Of a stretch of 64,000 nucleotides of DNA, positions 48,677 to 59,121 are shown piece by piece. The stretch's first letter is position 1, and each line of letters opens with the position of its first letter. The notes beneath the pieces were generated by a model. That model had not been told where the DNA came from. It was given only the letters and a program-made list of their open reading frames with translations, and did not search any database. A program made the translations under genes and the position numbers. Source of the DNA: a virus; IMG/VR virus record IMGVR_UViG_3300044613_001897; one strand, given 5' to 3'.

Positions 48677-51600
48677 ATGGCACTAACAGAATTAAAATCT
48701 ACTTTATCTAATTTCCGTAAACCAATGCCGGAAAATCCTTTAATTAAAAAGGGTGCTGATAAAGTAACTCCTATTAAAGCAACAGATAAAGACTTAACAT
48801 TATCTAAGACTTCTAATTTAGGGGCAAAGGATGTCAATAAGAGCCAGACTAATCTAAGTAATACCAAGTTTAATTCGAACATAAAGACGAGTAAAATGGG
48901 TATATTTGATAGTTTTACTACTCCTGATATTAATAAGAACGTTAGTATAGTAAAAGAAAAAACTAGCAATATACAAGTAGTTAAATCTACACAAGGAATA
49001 AATAACAATACTAGTAACATTAATGTAGTTAAATCTGCACAAGGAGCAAACAACAATACTAGCACTATAAAAACTATATCTGTAAATCAAAACAAACTAT
49101 TACAGATAATGAATAGCGGTTTAGATATAGATAGTATTCCAGTTAAATATACAATACCAAATACATTAACTCAGGATACATCTAACTTTAATTTGGATTA
49201 TACACCTCCAAAATATATTAATACACCTACAGCTTTACGATTCGGAACTGCAGGTACAGGATTATTATTAGGTGCAAGTAACTTAGACATAGATTCAATA
49301 CCAACTAAATATCAAAATACAGTAGGCCCAGGACAGTTTAGTCCATTTAAAGTTGCACAGTCTAACTTAGATGTAAATTCAATACCTAATAAGTATACAA
49401 ATGTTGTAGGATTAGGTAAATTTGATCCATTCAAAACACAGCAATCTAACTTAGATGTAAATTCAATACCTAATAAGTATATTAATATAGTTGGGCTTGG
49501 AAAATTTGATCCATTTAATTCAACACAATCTGGATTCGATATAAACAATATCCCAACTAAATATCAAAATATTGTAGGACTAGGCAAATTTGATCCATTT
49601 AATTCAGCACAATCTAACTTTGATATAAACAATATCCCAACTAAATATCAAAATATAGTTGGATTAGGACAGTTTGATCCGTTTAAAATAGCTCAATCAC
49701 AATTAGATGTAAATTCTATACCAGCTAAATATCAAAATATAGTTGGATTAGGTAAGTTTACACCATTTAATCCAGTACAATCACAATTAGATGTTAATGG
49801 AATACCTAACAAATATTCTAACATTATAGGCAATGGGCAGTTTAATGATGATAATACAATTATTGGAAATCGTTGGAGAGGTAATATACCACCAGCAGTA
49901 AACTTTTTTGCTCCTGATACAAATAACGGAGCTAAAGGGTTTACTACTAATATGACCAACACTCAGTTTAACTTTATAAATGGTAATCAATATGCATTTA
50001 CTAATACTATAGAAAGACCATTAAGTAATGGAGTAGCAAAATTAGATTCACAATTAGGATTAGGTTCTAGATTTAACTATACAGATGGCGGCGCACCAAA
50101 ATCAAAAGTATTTAGTGTAGCCGGTTATAGCAGTGTTAGAAAATATGGTGACATAGTAAAAAGTAATAAACAAAGTCCTGACGATAGTTTGTTATACAAA
50201 GTATCTACAGAAGCCAACTCACCATCAGCATTAGATTTACAGTATGCTAAATTTAACTTACAAGATGATAGTTATAATCCATTTTATATAAATCAACCCT
50301 TTATATTAAGAGGTATTCAAAGAAAGGGTAATAAGTCCCCACAACGATGGGGTGGCTCTTCATTAGCTGATGACGGGTTTATACGGGGAGGTATCGCTGC
50401 TGCTGTTGAAAGATCTGCTTTTGATGTAGCAAGATTAGCACAATGGGCTGTAACACCTAAAGGTTTATTATGGGTTACTAAACAAGTAGGTTTAGGGCTG
50501 TCAAATCCTAGAGTAGAAACAATAGTACCTACACCGTTAGGACAAACAAGAATACATTCAGGTATAGCAAGCTTGCTTTCAGTACCTACTACAGCATTTG
50601 GGGTACATTTCACAAAACATGGTATGCCGTTTCTAAACGAAGTAGCAAGTTATGGTAATGTACAAGAAGCTAAAGAAATAGAATATAAAATAGGTAATAA
50701 ATTAACTAATAGATTAATACAGTTAAGACAAGAGATTATACGCACACCGTTAATAAATAAAACTAATGGATTACCTATAGCTTCATTGTCATACTTTGGA
50801 GGTCCTAACTCAGCATATGGTATAGGATTTACTACTATTAAACGAGCAGTTAATTCTAATTCAAATGTATTAGTATCAACAGGAGGTACTAACAAATATG
50901 ATTACTTTACTAATCCATATACGTTATTTTCAAATAAAAAACAGACAGCTGTTAGCCCATTAGCACTTGATGCTGAAATAAGTTCTAATTATCGTAGTCA
51001 ATTGTTAAATGCTGCAGAACAGAAAAGAAATCCGGCAAGCGAATCTAATCTAACAGATCCTAGTTTTTCTAATCCGTTTAAACGTACGCCTGATGTTGAT
51101 AGTGATACAAATAATTTTATACCAATTTACTCAATAAAAAGTCAGTATGCATCGGTATTATCTAAAGCTCGTATTAATACTACAAATGATGATGATAATA
51201 AAAACATTACCAATAATGTTGATGAACAATCATCAGCAAATACCGGAGAACGTAGTAGTCTAAAAACTAGAACAATAAATAATAGTGATTCATCAACTGA
51301 TATTAGAGAAGCATCTGAAGTTGCTAAGCCGAACCCATTTAGTCGAAAGCCTGATATTGATAGAGATGCTCCTAATACTCCTACTATAGAACGATTGTAT
51401 ATAGACGGTACTAATATTCGAAACTATTCTACTATAGCATATAATCAAATACCAAAAAATCCGGGACCATATCCTGGAATTAATGATTTTAGGTCAACAA
51501 TAGAAGAGAATTGGGTAGGTGATTCTAAAAAAGCAGACTATGCTAATAAAAATTTAGAAAAGAATGGGTGGGGGACTCAAGGTGCTGTAGGAGCTGATAG

Positions 51601-52360
51601 AAGTGACTATACTAAAGCTTCTGGTAGAGGTGATAAAGTAAATTTAATAGGTTATCGGAAAAACAAATTATCTGCAGAATTGGCTAAAGGTGATTATAGC
51701 GAAATAACACCTAACACTAAAGACTTTATAGCATTTTATTTTTCAGGACCAAAACACCATGCAGACGTTTCAGACGATGTTATAATATTTAGAGCAAACA
51801 TACAAGGATTTTCAGATGCATTTTCACCAGAGTGGAGTACTATTAACATAATGGGCAGAGCTGATAAAGCATACATTTATACAGGATTCGAAAGAAGTAT
51901 ATCATTTACTTTTATGGTAGCAGCTACTAGTAGAGACGAAATGAAACCTATGTGGCAAAAGATTAATTTTCTATCTACATATACAATGCCTGATTATAAT
52001 CCGAACGGTAGAATGGTAGGGCCATTTATGCGTATAACAATAGGAAATTTATTTCAAAACACACCAATATTTTTAGAGTCATTAAATATAGCAATTCCGG
52101 ATGATGCTACTTGGGAAACTAATTTAGATGGAGATCCAAATATGAAGCAATTACCTACAATGGCAGAAATATCAGTAACAGCAAAAGTACTTGCTGATTA
52201 CAGACCACAAAAAATGGGTAGAGCATATTCATTATCAACTTTTGGAAAAGAAGGTAGCGGTACAAATAATTGGTTAAGTGTGGATGGAGCAAGAGCTGAA
52301 GGCCAGGATATTGAATATGATGATAAAGGTGATAATAAGAACGCATCAACAAATACGTAA
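48677..52360 (+). CDS. Large baseplate/tube-initiator protein with 28-aa tandem repeats
   Basis: C-terminal FRA.I..FSD.F...W....MGRA...Y.Y.GFERSISF.F and P..RITIG. Follows the tape measure gene. Confidence 0.65.
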   Translation: MALTELKSTLSNFRKPMPENPLIKKGADKVTPIKATDKDLTLSKTSNLGAKDVNKSQTNLSNTKFNSNIKTSKMGIFDSFTTPDINKNVSIVKEKTSNIQVVKSTQGINNNTSNINVVKSAQGANNNTSTIKTISVNQNKLLQIMNSGLDIDSIPVKYTIPNTLTQDTSNFNLDYTPPKYINTPTALRFGTAGTGLLLGASNLDIDSIPTKYQNTVGPGQFSPFKVAQSNLDVNSIPNKYTNVVGLGKFDPFKTQQSNLDVNSIPNKYINIVGLGKFDPFNSTQSGFDINNIPTKYQNIVGLGKFDPFNSAQSNFDINNIPTKYQNIVGLGQFDPFKIAQSQLDVNSIPAKYQNIVGLGKFTPFNPVQSQLDVNGIPNKYSNIIGNGQFNDDNTIIGNRWRGNIPPAVNFFAPDTNNGAKGFTTNMTNTQFNFINGNQYAFTNTIERPLSNGVAKLDSQLGLGSRFNYTDGGAPKSKVFSVAGYSSVRKYGDIVKSNKQSPDDSLLYKVSTEANSPSALDLQYAKFNLQDDSYNPFYINQPFILRGIQRKGNKSPQRWGGSSLADDGFIRGGIAAAVERSAFDVARLAQWAVTPKGLLWVTKQVGLGLSNPRVETIVPTPLGQTRIHSGIASLLSVPTTAFGVHFTKHGMPFLNEVASYGNVQEAKEIEYKIGNKLTNRLIQLRQEIIRTPLINKTNGLPIASLSYFGGPNSAYGIGFTTIKRAVNSNSNVLVSTGGTNKYDYFTNPYTLFSNKKQTAVSPLALDAEISSNYRSQLLNAAEQKRNPASESNLTDPSFSNPFKRTPDVDSDTNNFIPIYSIKSQYASVLSKARINTTNDDDNKNITNNVDEQSSANTGERSSLKTRTINNSDSSTDIREASEVAKPNPFSRKPDIDRDAPNTPTIERLYIDGTNIRNYSTIAYNQIPKNPGPYPGINDFRSTIEENWVGDSKKADYANKNLEKNGWGTQGAVGADRSDYTKASGRGDKVNLIGYRKNKLSAELAKGDYSEITPNTKDFIAFYFSGPKHHADVSDDVIIFRANIQGFSDAFSPEWSTINIMGRADKAYIYTGFERSISFTFMVAATSRDEMKPMWQKINFLSTYTMPDYNPNGRMVGPFMRITIGNLFQNTPIFLESLNIAIPDDATWETNLDGDPNMKQLPTMAEISVTAKVLADYRPQKMGRAYSLSTFGKEGSGTNNWLSVDGARAEGQDIEYDDKGDNKNASTNT
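49277..49846 (+). repeat. 84-nt (28-aa) in-frame tandem repeat, 6 full copies and 1 partial
   Basis: SNLDVNSIPNKYxNIVGLGKFDPFxxxQ units. Confidence 0.9.
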
Positions 52361-52363
52361 AAC

Positions 52364-52675
52364 ATGGAAAGATATTCTATAGCAGAAATTAGAAGAACAG
52401 AAACAGGTAAAAGATATTATGGTACAACTTTACCACCGACTATAACTAAAAATGTAAATGATATTTATATTATAACAGCATATGGTGATAGATTAGATCT
52501 TATTGCTTATGATTATTATGGTAATGCGTCACAATGGTGGATAATAGCATCAGCTAATCCAAATGCGTTTCATTATAATGGATCATTAGTTATAGAACCT
52601 GGAATACAGTTAAGAATACCGCAATTAGCATTAGCAGCAGAATCTGAATACGAATCACAAAATAGTACTAGATAA
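52364..52675 (+). CDS. Baseplate wedge protein, LysM/gp53/tail-X-like
   Basis: GDRLDLIAYDYYGNASQWWIIASAN...GIQLRIP. Confidence 0.85.
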   Translation: MERYSIAEIRRTETGKRYYGTTLPPTITKNVNDIYIITAYGDRLDLIAYDYYGNASQWWIIASANPNAFHYNGSLVIEPGIQLRIPQLALAAESEYESQNSTR

Positions 52676-52679
52676 GAAT

Positions 52680-54578
52680 ATGGCAACACAAGGTTATAAT
52701 ATAAAAGATAATAATCCATTTTACAATCAGGTTAATGGTGCTGTTAAAAATGAGATAAGCTATCGAGCAAGTATATATGCGGAAAGAGAACGTGGTGGGT
52801 CTAAAGGAGGCCCTATACATATGTGGTTATATAGAAAAAATGGATATGTACGAATATACTATGGTGAAGATGCAACTCCTTTATTAGAACCACCAAAAAA
52901 AGGATTTGACTCTGTATATGGTAAATCATTATACCCACCTCCAGTTGTTACTAGTGTTCGTATAGCAAACGAAGGTGATTATGGTTCATTACTAAAAGCG
53001 GACATAAACTTCTCAGTATTTACATTACAACAATTAGAAAAGTTTACTAAAACATTATTAACAGTAAAAGCTGGTGAGGATGAAAAGGGTAATCCAAAAC
53101 CAATACCAGTTAAAATCGAATATGGTTGGTCAGTACCAGGTCATGATGGGCCTAAAGAAGATTTCTATGGATTTGTAACAAATTTTAACTGGTCATTACG
53201 AGCTGATGGTGGATTTGATTGCACAAGTAATTTAGTAGGTGAAGGATTCTTTTCTTTAAATACAAAAGCTGATGCTTCACTGCAAAAAACTAGCAATGTA
53301 AATGCAGGAAGCAGCAATGTCCAAATACAACCAAATACATGGGTTTCGGCAGTAAGGTACATAAAACCAGATGCGCCTGTAGGTACGTATGGAGGTGTAG
53401 ATGGAAAGACTCCTAGTTTAGTAGCATCATTTCCTGGAGTGGCGTTATTAGATCTAAATTTATCGGACGCACAATCTGAAAATAAAGATAAAAAAGGTAA
53501 AGTTTTGAATAAAACTAGAATACATTACGTTACATTAGAATGGATTTGTTTTGCAGTATCACAAATTCTATTCCATAAAGGTAACGGGTTATTCCCCAAA
53601 GATCAGTATATATCAAATAGTAAAATAACGATCGGGCATAGATATCCTGATATAGTATCAAGTAATCCTAAAAATATACTATTCCCAGGATTTGCTAAAT
53701 ATGGTACTGAAAATTTAACTAAAGATATAGAGTCACAGATTTCGATGGCGACATCCTCTAATGCAAACTCTGTCGATTTAAGCAAGATTTTAGTTAGTAT
53801 AGAGTTTATATATGAAACGCTAAAGGCGATGAAATCTCAATCTTCTATGAAAATGAATGAAAAAGCTGTGGATACTAGTTTGGTGAACTTATTCAATAAG
53901 ATATTCACAGAAATTGCTAATTGTTCAGGAGGCATATATGAGTTATCATTATCGCAACCTAAAGTAGAAACATCCGATCCCAATTATAAAGAAAGTTTGC
54001 GACAATGGGTAATAGTGGACACTAAAAATATGGGCGAAGCAGTTGAAGAAACCATAATACCAGTAGTTATATCAGGACCAAACGGATATAGTAGTATAGT
54101 TAGATCTGTAACTATGACATCAAAATTACCTGGAGCCATGGCGACCGCACAATTCGTATCCGCGGCATCATCAATGTCAGGTAATTCACCTGGATTAGCA
54201 GCCGCAAAGACTGAATCGAATACTAAGGATGCGAAATCTGCAGATGAAGTTATAGCTGCATTACTTGCAGCTAATAAAGCCGCGTTGTCTGAAGGGTTTT
54301 CGCCGGATAGTATTAATAATATACAAGCGCAATTGGCAGATTATTGGGCGTATGCAGTAAAACCCAATGAACTAGGTAAACGTGGTTCACCACTGCCTGT
54401 AGACTTATCAATAACATTGGACGGTCTAAAAGGATTTAGATATGGTAACACACTAAAAATAGAATATTTACCAAGTGATTATAAAGATGTGGTGTTTACA
54501 GTAACGAAAGTTGAACATAATATAACTAATAATGATTGGACAACAACATTAAGTACAGTATCTAGATTGAAAGTATAA
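52680..54578 (+). CDS. Baseplate hub-like protein
   Basis: IEYGWS, VTNFNWS...GGFDC, LSITLDG..G.RYG, F.VTKVEH.I....WTT. Confidence 0.65.
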   Translation: MATQGYNIKDNNPFYNQVNGAVKNEISYRASIYAERERGGSKGGPIHMWLYRKNGYVRIYYGEDATPLLEPPKKGFDSVYGKSLYPPPVVTSVRIANEGDYGSLLKADINFSVFTLQQLEKFTKTLLTVKAGEDEKGNPKPIPVKIEYGWSVPGHDGPKEDFYGFVTNFNWSLRADGGFDCTSNLVGEGFFSLNTKADASLQKTSNVNAGSSNVQIQPNTWVSAVRYIKPDAPVGTYGGVDGKTPSLVASFPGVALLDLNLSDAQSENKDKKGKVLNKTRIHYVTLEWICFAVSQILFHKGNGLFPKDQYISNSKITIGHRYPDIVSSNPKNILFPGFAKYGTENLTKDIESQISMATSSNANSVDLSKILVSIEFIYETLKAMKSQSSMKMNEKAVDTSLVNLFNKIFTEIANCSGGIYELSLSQPKVETSDPNYKESLRQWVIVDTKNMGEAVEETIIPVVISGPNGYSSIVRSVTMTSKLPGAMATAQFVSAASSMSGNSPGLAAAKTESNTKDAKSADEVIAALLAANKAALSEGFSPDSINNIQAQLADYWAYAVKPNELGKRGSPLPVDLSITLDGLKGFRYGNTLKIEYLPSDYKDVVFTVTKVEHNITNNDWTTTLSTVSRLKV

Positions 54579-54579
54579 A

Positions 54580-55230
54580 ATGGCAAGATTAAAAATATAT
54601 TATCCAGTAGATCAGATTATAAATAATCTATACACCAACGGTGGTCAGTATATGCTTGAGAGTGGTGCTGGATATACAGGATCATATCACAGATATTCAA
54701 CAGGTGAGATATATACAGAATCTGGGTGGAATGAATTTCAATCGAAAAAGCTAGTACCATATAAACCAACATATCAGATAGAGGGTAATATGATATACAA
54801 AAATATTACTAAAGTAGATGTTGATCCTTTTGTAGCACCAAGATATTACTTTCCGATACTTAAAGAGGATGATTATGTTAATGGTAGTGTTGATAGATAT
54901 TTTATTCAACGTAATAATTTAACAAATGCTGTATTTTCTATTATAGAAATAGATGCTGACCAATATAGTTCATTAGTATCATCGGGTAAAGGTATTAATG
55001 CAGGACTTTATACAGCAATAACAATACCATGGAAATTGACCGGACCTAGAAATGACGTTAGAAATTCAAATAATGCTATAGTACAATTTGGTGTAGAAGA
55101 TACTAACCAAAGAATAGTACAATTAAATAAGATAAAGATGCCAGGCCTAGACACTTTTATCAATGACTATATAGAATTATCAGTGTATTCTAACGCAACA
55201 TCACAAGAAATCAAAAATAAATTTTTGTAA
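54580..55230 (+). CDS. Hypothetical baseplate-module protein
   Basis: 216 aa at the end of the baseplate operon (YTGSYH, RYF, WKLTG). Confidence 0.55.
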   Translation: MARLKIYYPVDQIINNLYTNGGQYMLESGAGYTGSYHRYSTGEIYTESGWNEFQSKKLVPYKPTYQIEGNMIYKNITKVDVDPFVAPRYYFPILKEDDYVNGSVDRYFIQRNNLTNAVFSIIEIDADQYSSLVSSGKGINAGLYTAITIPWKLTGPRNDVRNSNNAIVQFGVEDTNQRIVQLNKIKMPGLDTFINDYIELSVYSNATSQEIKNKFL

Positions 55231-55253
55231 TACAGAAAGTTTTATTATATTTA
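55224..55253 (+). promoter_or_regulatory. Bacteroidota-type sigma promoter candidate
   Basis: TTTG-N18-TATATTTA, compared with the host consensus TTTG-N~19-21-TAnnTTTG. Confidence 0.45.
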
Positions 55254-55263
55254 ACTAGAACCT

Positions 55264-56613
55264 ATGAAAATAATAGAAACTAGTTTAGATTATGATCAAT
55301 TCTTATCAGAGAATGCCGCAAATGATTGGTTAGTTATACCAATTTATGCGAACGGAAACTATCCGGTACATCTAGATTCAATATCATTATTATATGTATA
55401 TGTTCTGCTTAAAGATACAGAATATATGATATCGTTTAATCATACAGAAGCATTAGGTATAAATCAAAAGCAATTGGATAGAATACCTAAAGATAATAGA
55501 ATGTATGTATATAATAAGAAAAGATTTTATGCCTTCTGTAAAAATTATAACTTAATTGATATTGACTTGGTAAAGTATTTTGAAACTAATACACCATTTG
55601 AAGATGATTTCGATACATCTGCACATGAATGGTTTACTAGAAACTTTCAATATTTTAAAAATCTGAATACTATTATTCCAATATTAAAACATTACGAGCG
55701 GTGTACCAATATTAAAAATGCGTTTCTAGAATACTATACACCTGATATAAAGGAACATGCTGCATTCATAAATTATAATGATAAGTTTATAAATTCATTC
55801 TATAATATAGAAAAGAATGGTTTATATGCCAACTATGATACATTCCATAAATATTACCTAGATACGCAGTACTTTAATGGATACACATTTTCAGAATATA
55901 ATTTGTATACATCAACAGGTAGACCTAGTAATCGATTCGGTGGTATAAACTTTGCAGCATTAAATAAAGATAATGGTAGTAGAGCATCATTTACTAGTAG
56001 ATTTGGTAAAGATGGATTCTTAATAAATTTTGACTTTGATGGTTATCATCTACGTTTATTAGCTGATTTAGTTAATTATGATTTTCCAACAAATGAATCC
56101 ATTCATAAATATTTAGGTCGATACTATTTTAATAAGACTGATTTAACTGATGACGAATATGAACAATCTAAAAAAATAAGTTTTAGATTATTATACGGTG
56201 GGATATCAAAAGAGTTTTTACATATTGAATATTTCAAACGAATTAATGATTTAACTAAAGTACTATGGCAATCATATAACGAAGTAAATTATATAGAGAC
56301 TCCAATATTTAACAGAAGATTGTATAAGAACTTTTTTAATGATATGAATGCTAGTAAGCTATTAAATTACTATCTACAATGTTTTGAGACAGAAAGAAAT
56401 TGCATGATACTAGATGGTATAAATCAAAATAAATTTGAATCTAAAATTATTCTTTATACATACGATTCATTATTAGTTGATTTTAATAAAGCGGACGGGG
56501 CTGAATATATTAGATATATCAAGTCGGAAATGGAACAAACAAAGTTTCCTGTAAAGATATCAATAGGCCCTGATTATCATAATTTAGTAAACGTAGATTC
56601 TAATAAAATTTAA
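55264..56613 (+). CDS. Compact family A DNA polymerase
   Basis: TSTGRPS, motif A NFDFDGYHLRLL, motif B SKKISFRLLYG, motif C YTYDSLL. Confidence 0.85.
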   Translation: MKIIETSLDYDQFLSENAANDWLVIPIYANGNYPVHLDSISLLYVYVLLKDTEYMISFNHTEALGINQKQLDRIPKDNRMYVYNKKRFYAFCKNYNLIDIDLVKYFETNTPFEDDFDTSAHEWFTRNFQYFKNLNTIIPILKHYERCTNIKNAFLEYYTPDIKEHAAFINYNDKFINSFYNIEKNGLYANYDTFHKYYLDTQYFNGYTFSEYNLYTSTGRPSNRFGGINFAALNKDNGSRASFTSRFGKDGFLINFDFDGYHLRLLADLVNYDFPTNESIHKYLGRYYFNKTDLTDDEYEQSKKISFRLLYGGISKEFLHIEYFKRINDLTKVLWQSYNEVNYIETPIFNRRLYKNFFNDMNASKLLNYYLQCFETERNCMILDGINQNKFESKIILYTYDSLLVDFNKADGAEYIRYIKSEMEQTKFPVKISIGPDYHNLVNVDSNKI

Positions 56614-56639
56614 ACATATTTATATGTATACTACAAACA

Positions 56640-57032
56640 TTGTATCAGTTATTAGCACTATTTACACCAGAATTATTTCTAGATGAATCGATAAAAAAGA
56701 TAACTGATACCTATGAAATTTGTTTCGGTAAAATATTTGTATTACGAATAGACGGCAAAGAAGATTTGCTATGCACATTTAATATAGAGAAAGAATCCAA
56801 TTCAAATACATTAAATGGAGCTATTCTCCTACATAGAAAGAAAGAAACAAATACATTATACACCATTAATTCATTAAACTCTATAATTAGAAGTGAGAAC
56901 GGTGGTGAACTAAATAATAGACATATAATAAATTGGAGTAATTACAGAAACAGTTTAATTTTATCTACGAACAACGAAGTTAAAATTTACCCTACACAGA
57001 TTTTTAAAATAATTCTGGTAGAAAATTTGTAA
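56640..57032 (+). CDS. Hypothetical protein (TTG start)
   Basis: HRKKETNTLYTINSLN. ATATTTAT motif 16 nt upstream. Confidence 0.65.
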   Translation: MYQLLALFTPELFLDESIKKITDTYEICFGKIFVLRIDGKEDLLCTFNIEKESNSNTLNGAILLHRKKETNTLYTINSLNSIIRSENGGELNNRHIINWSNYRNSLILSTNNEVKIYPTQIFKIILVENL

Positions 57033-57058
57033 TCTACAATAATTTATCTTATATTTAT
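57026..57058 (+). promoter_or_regulatory. Promoter candidate upstream of the SSB gene
   Basis: TTTG-N20-TATATTTA(T). Confidence 0.5.
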
Positions 57059-57155
57059 ATAAATTAGTTATTTAATTGAGTATACGAACCTAGGCGTATT
57101 ATTTTTTGAATGACAATTGACAATTAATTATTAACAACTAAAAAATGAAAAACAA

Positions 57156-57941
57156 ATGGCAATCGACATTAGTGCAATTCGCAACAAGTTACAATCTCTG
57201 CAATCAAAAACAAATAAGCAAGAGAATCTGTGGAAACCAGCTCCTGGTACACATCAAGTAAGGATAGTTCCTTATATTCACAACCGAGAAAATCCTTTTT
57301 TAGAAATGTATTTTCACTATAACTTTAGTGGTAAAAACATTCTATCACCGGTATCATTTGGCAAACAAGATCCAATTGTGGAATTTGCTGACAAACTGAA
57401 ATCAACTGGTAATAAAGAAGATTGGAAAATGGGTAAAGGATTAGAACCTAAAATGAGATGTTATGTACCTATCTTAATCAGAGGTAAAGAATCTGAAGGT
57501 ATTAAATTTTGGGGATTCGGCAAAACAGTATATCAAGAATTATTAGGATTTATCGCAGATGCTGACTATGGTGATATTACAGATCCAATGAGTGGTCGTG
57601 ATATTACGGTAGAGTTCAAATCAAAAGAAGCCACAGGTAAAGATTATCCAGAGACTTCTATTCGAGTTAAACCAAATACTAGTCCTATGACTGAAAGCAA
57701 GGAGGTATTAGAATTGATTAAAAATCAACCTAAAATCACTGAATTGTTTAAAGAGTATTCATATGATGAAATTGAGAAATTATTACAAGAATGGATGAAT
57801 CCAACAGAACCTGCTAACACAGAAGATGCGACAGATTCTTCTAAATCATCTAATAAGAAATCATTAGAGACTGAATCAGCAACTACTAATAAGGTAGAAG
57901 ATGTATCAGCTGCTTTTGATGCTCTTTTCTCTAAAAAGTAA
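57156..57941 (+). CDS. Single-stranded DNA-binding protein (T4 gp32-like)
   Basis: WKP...VRIVP, FWGFGKTVY, DITDP..GRD and acidic C-terminal tail. Confidence 0.88.
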   Translation: MAIDISAIRNKLQSLQSKTNKQENLWKPAPGTHQVRIVPYIHNRENPFLEMYFHYNFSGKNILSPVSFGKQDPIVEFADKLKSTGNKEDWKMGKGLEPKMRCYVPILIRGKESEGIKFWGFGKTVYQELLGFIADADYGDITDPMSGRDITVEFKSKEATGKDYPETSIRVKPNTSPMTESKEVLELIKNQPKITELFKEYSYDEIEKLLQEWMNPTEPANTEDATDSSKSSNKKSLETESATTNKVEDVSAAFDALFSKK

Positions 57942-57953
57942 TAGTATAAATTT

Positions 57954-59105
57954 ATGGCAAAAACAAAAAGCAAAGTCGAATTAGACGAGGATTTAGCTTT
58001 GACGTTAGCCGACAACCTAAACAAACAATTTAAAGCATCTGCAGGAAAGATTGCTTATTTCTTAGAAGGAGATACAGCAGACTCACCATCCGAAATTAAA
58101 GGATGGGTTCCTACAGGTTGTACCGCATTGGACCTAGCCATTAGCAATAGACCTAATGGTGGGTTTCCGATGGGTAGAATTGTAGAAATAACAGGTCTAG
58201 AAGCGTCAGGTAAATCATTATTAGCAGCGCATGCGTTAGCTAATACACAAAAAATGGGAGGTATTGCAGTATATGTTGATACTGAGAATGCGACATCAAC
58301 AGAATTCCTATCAGCAATTGGTGTAAATTTAAAGGAGATGTTATATGTACCTTTAGAAACCATTGAAGATATCTTTGAGTCAATTGAAAGTATTATAGAA
58401 TCTGTAAGAAAGTCTAATAAAGATACTCCAGTTACAATTGTAGTAGACTCTGTAGCTGCAGCAAGTACTAAAACTGAAATGGCAGCTGAATGGGATAAAG
58501 ATGGTTATAACACTGCTAAAGCTATTATTTTATCAAAAGCTATGAGAAAGATTACTAATCTAATTGGTAGAGAGAAAATACTTTTGATATTTACTAATCA
58601 GCTAAGAAGTAGAATGAATGCTCCAGCATTTTCGGATCCTTGGACTACAAGTGGAGGAAAAGCAATAGCATTTCATGCAAGTGTTAGATTGCGATTATCA
58701 CCTTCTGGAATGATTAAGGAAGGTCCGCAAGGCAAACAAGAAGTAACAGGTATTAATACAACTGCAAAAGTAGTTAAAAATCGTATGGGCCCACCATTAC
58801 GAGTAATAACTTATCCGATATACTTTAATAGAGGTATAGATGATGATTTTAGTTTACTAGAATTATTGAAAAAACTTGAAATAGTATCCGGTACTGCAGG
58901 CAACTACAATTATGTTGACACAAGTTCAGGTGAGGTGATCAAATTTAAAACCAAAGACTTCAGAAAGACATTATTAGATAATCCTGTATTGAAAGAACAA
59001 TTATATCAGGTGTTATGTGATAAGTATGTTATGAAGTATAAGTCTGATGATGTTGAACTAAGTGATGAGCTTAGCATAGATACCAATTTCGGAACATTAG
59101 ATTAA
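57954..59105 (+). CDS. recA: RecA/UvsX recombinase
   Basis: GLEASGKS, YVDTE, VVDSVAA, FTNQLR, GGKAIAFHASVRL, KNRMGPP. Confidence 0.95.
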   Translation: MAKTKSKVELDEDLALTLADNLNKQFKASAGKIAYFLEGDTADSPSEIKGWVPTGCTALDLAISNRPNGGFPMGRIVEITGLEASGKSLLAAHALANTQKMGGIAVYVDTENATSTEFLSAIGVNLKEMLYVPLETIEDIFESIESIIESVRKSNKDTPVTIVVDSVAAASTKTEMAAEWDKDGYNTAKAIILSKAMRKITNLIGREKILLIFTNQLRSRMNAPAFSDPWTTSGGKAIAFHASVRLRLSPSGMIKEGPQGKQEVTGINTTAKVVKNRMGPPLRVITYPIYFNRGIDDDFSLLELLKKLEIVSGTAGNYNYVDTSSGEVIKFKTKDFRKTLLDNPVLKEQLYQVLCDKYVMKYKSDDVELSDELSIDTNFGTLD

Positions 59106-59121
59106 TAAGTTAAAATAAGTT

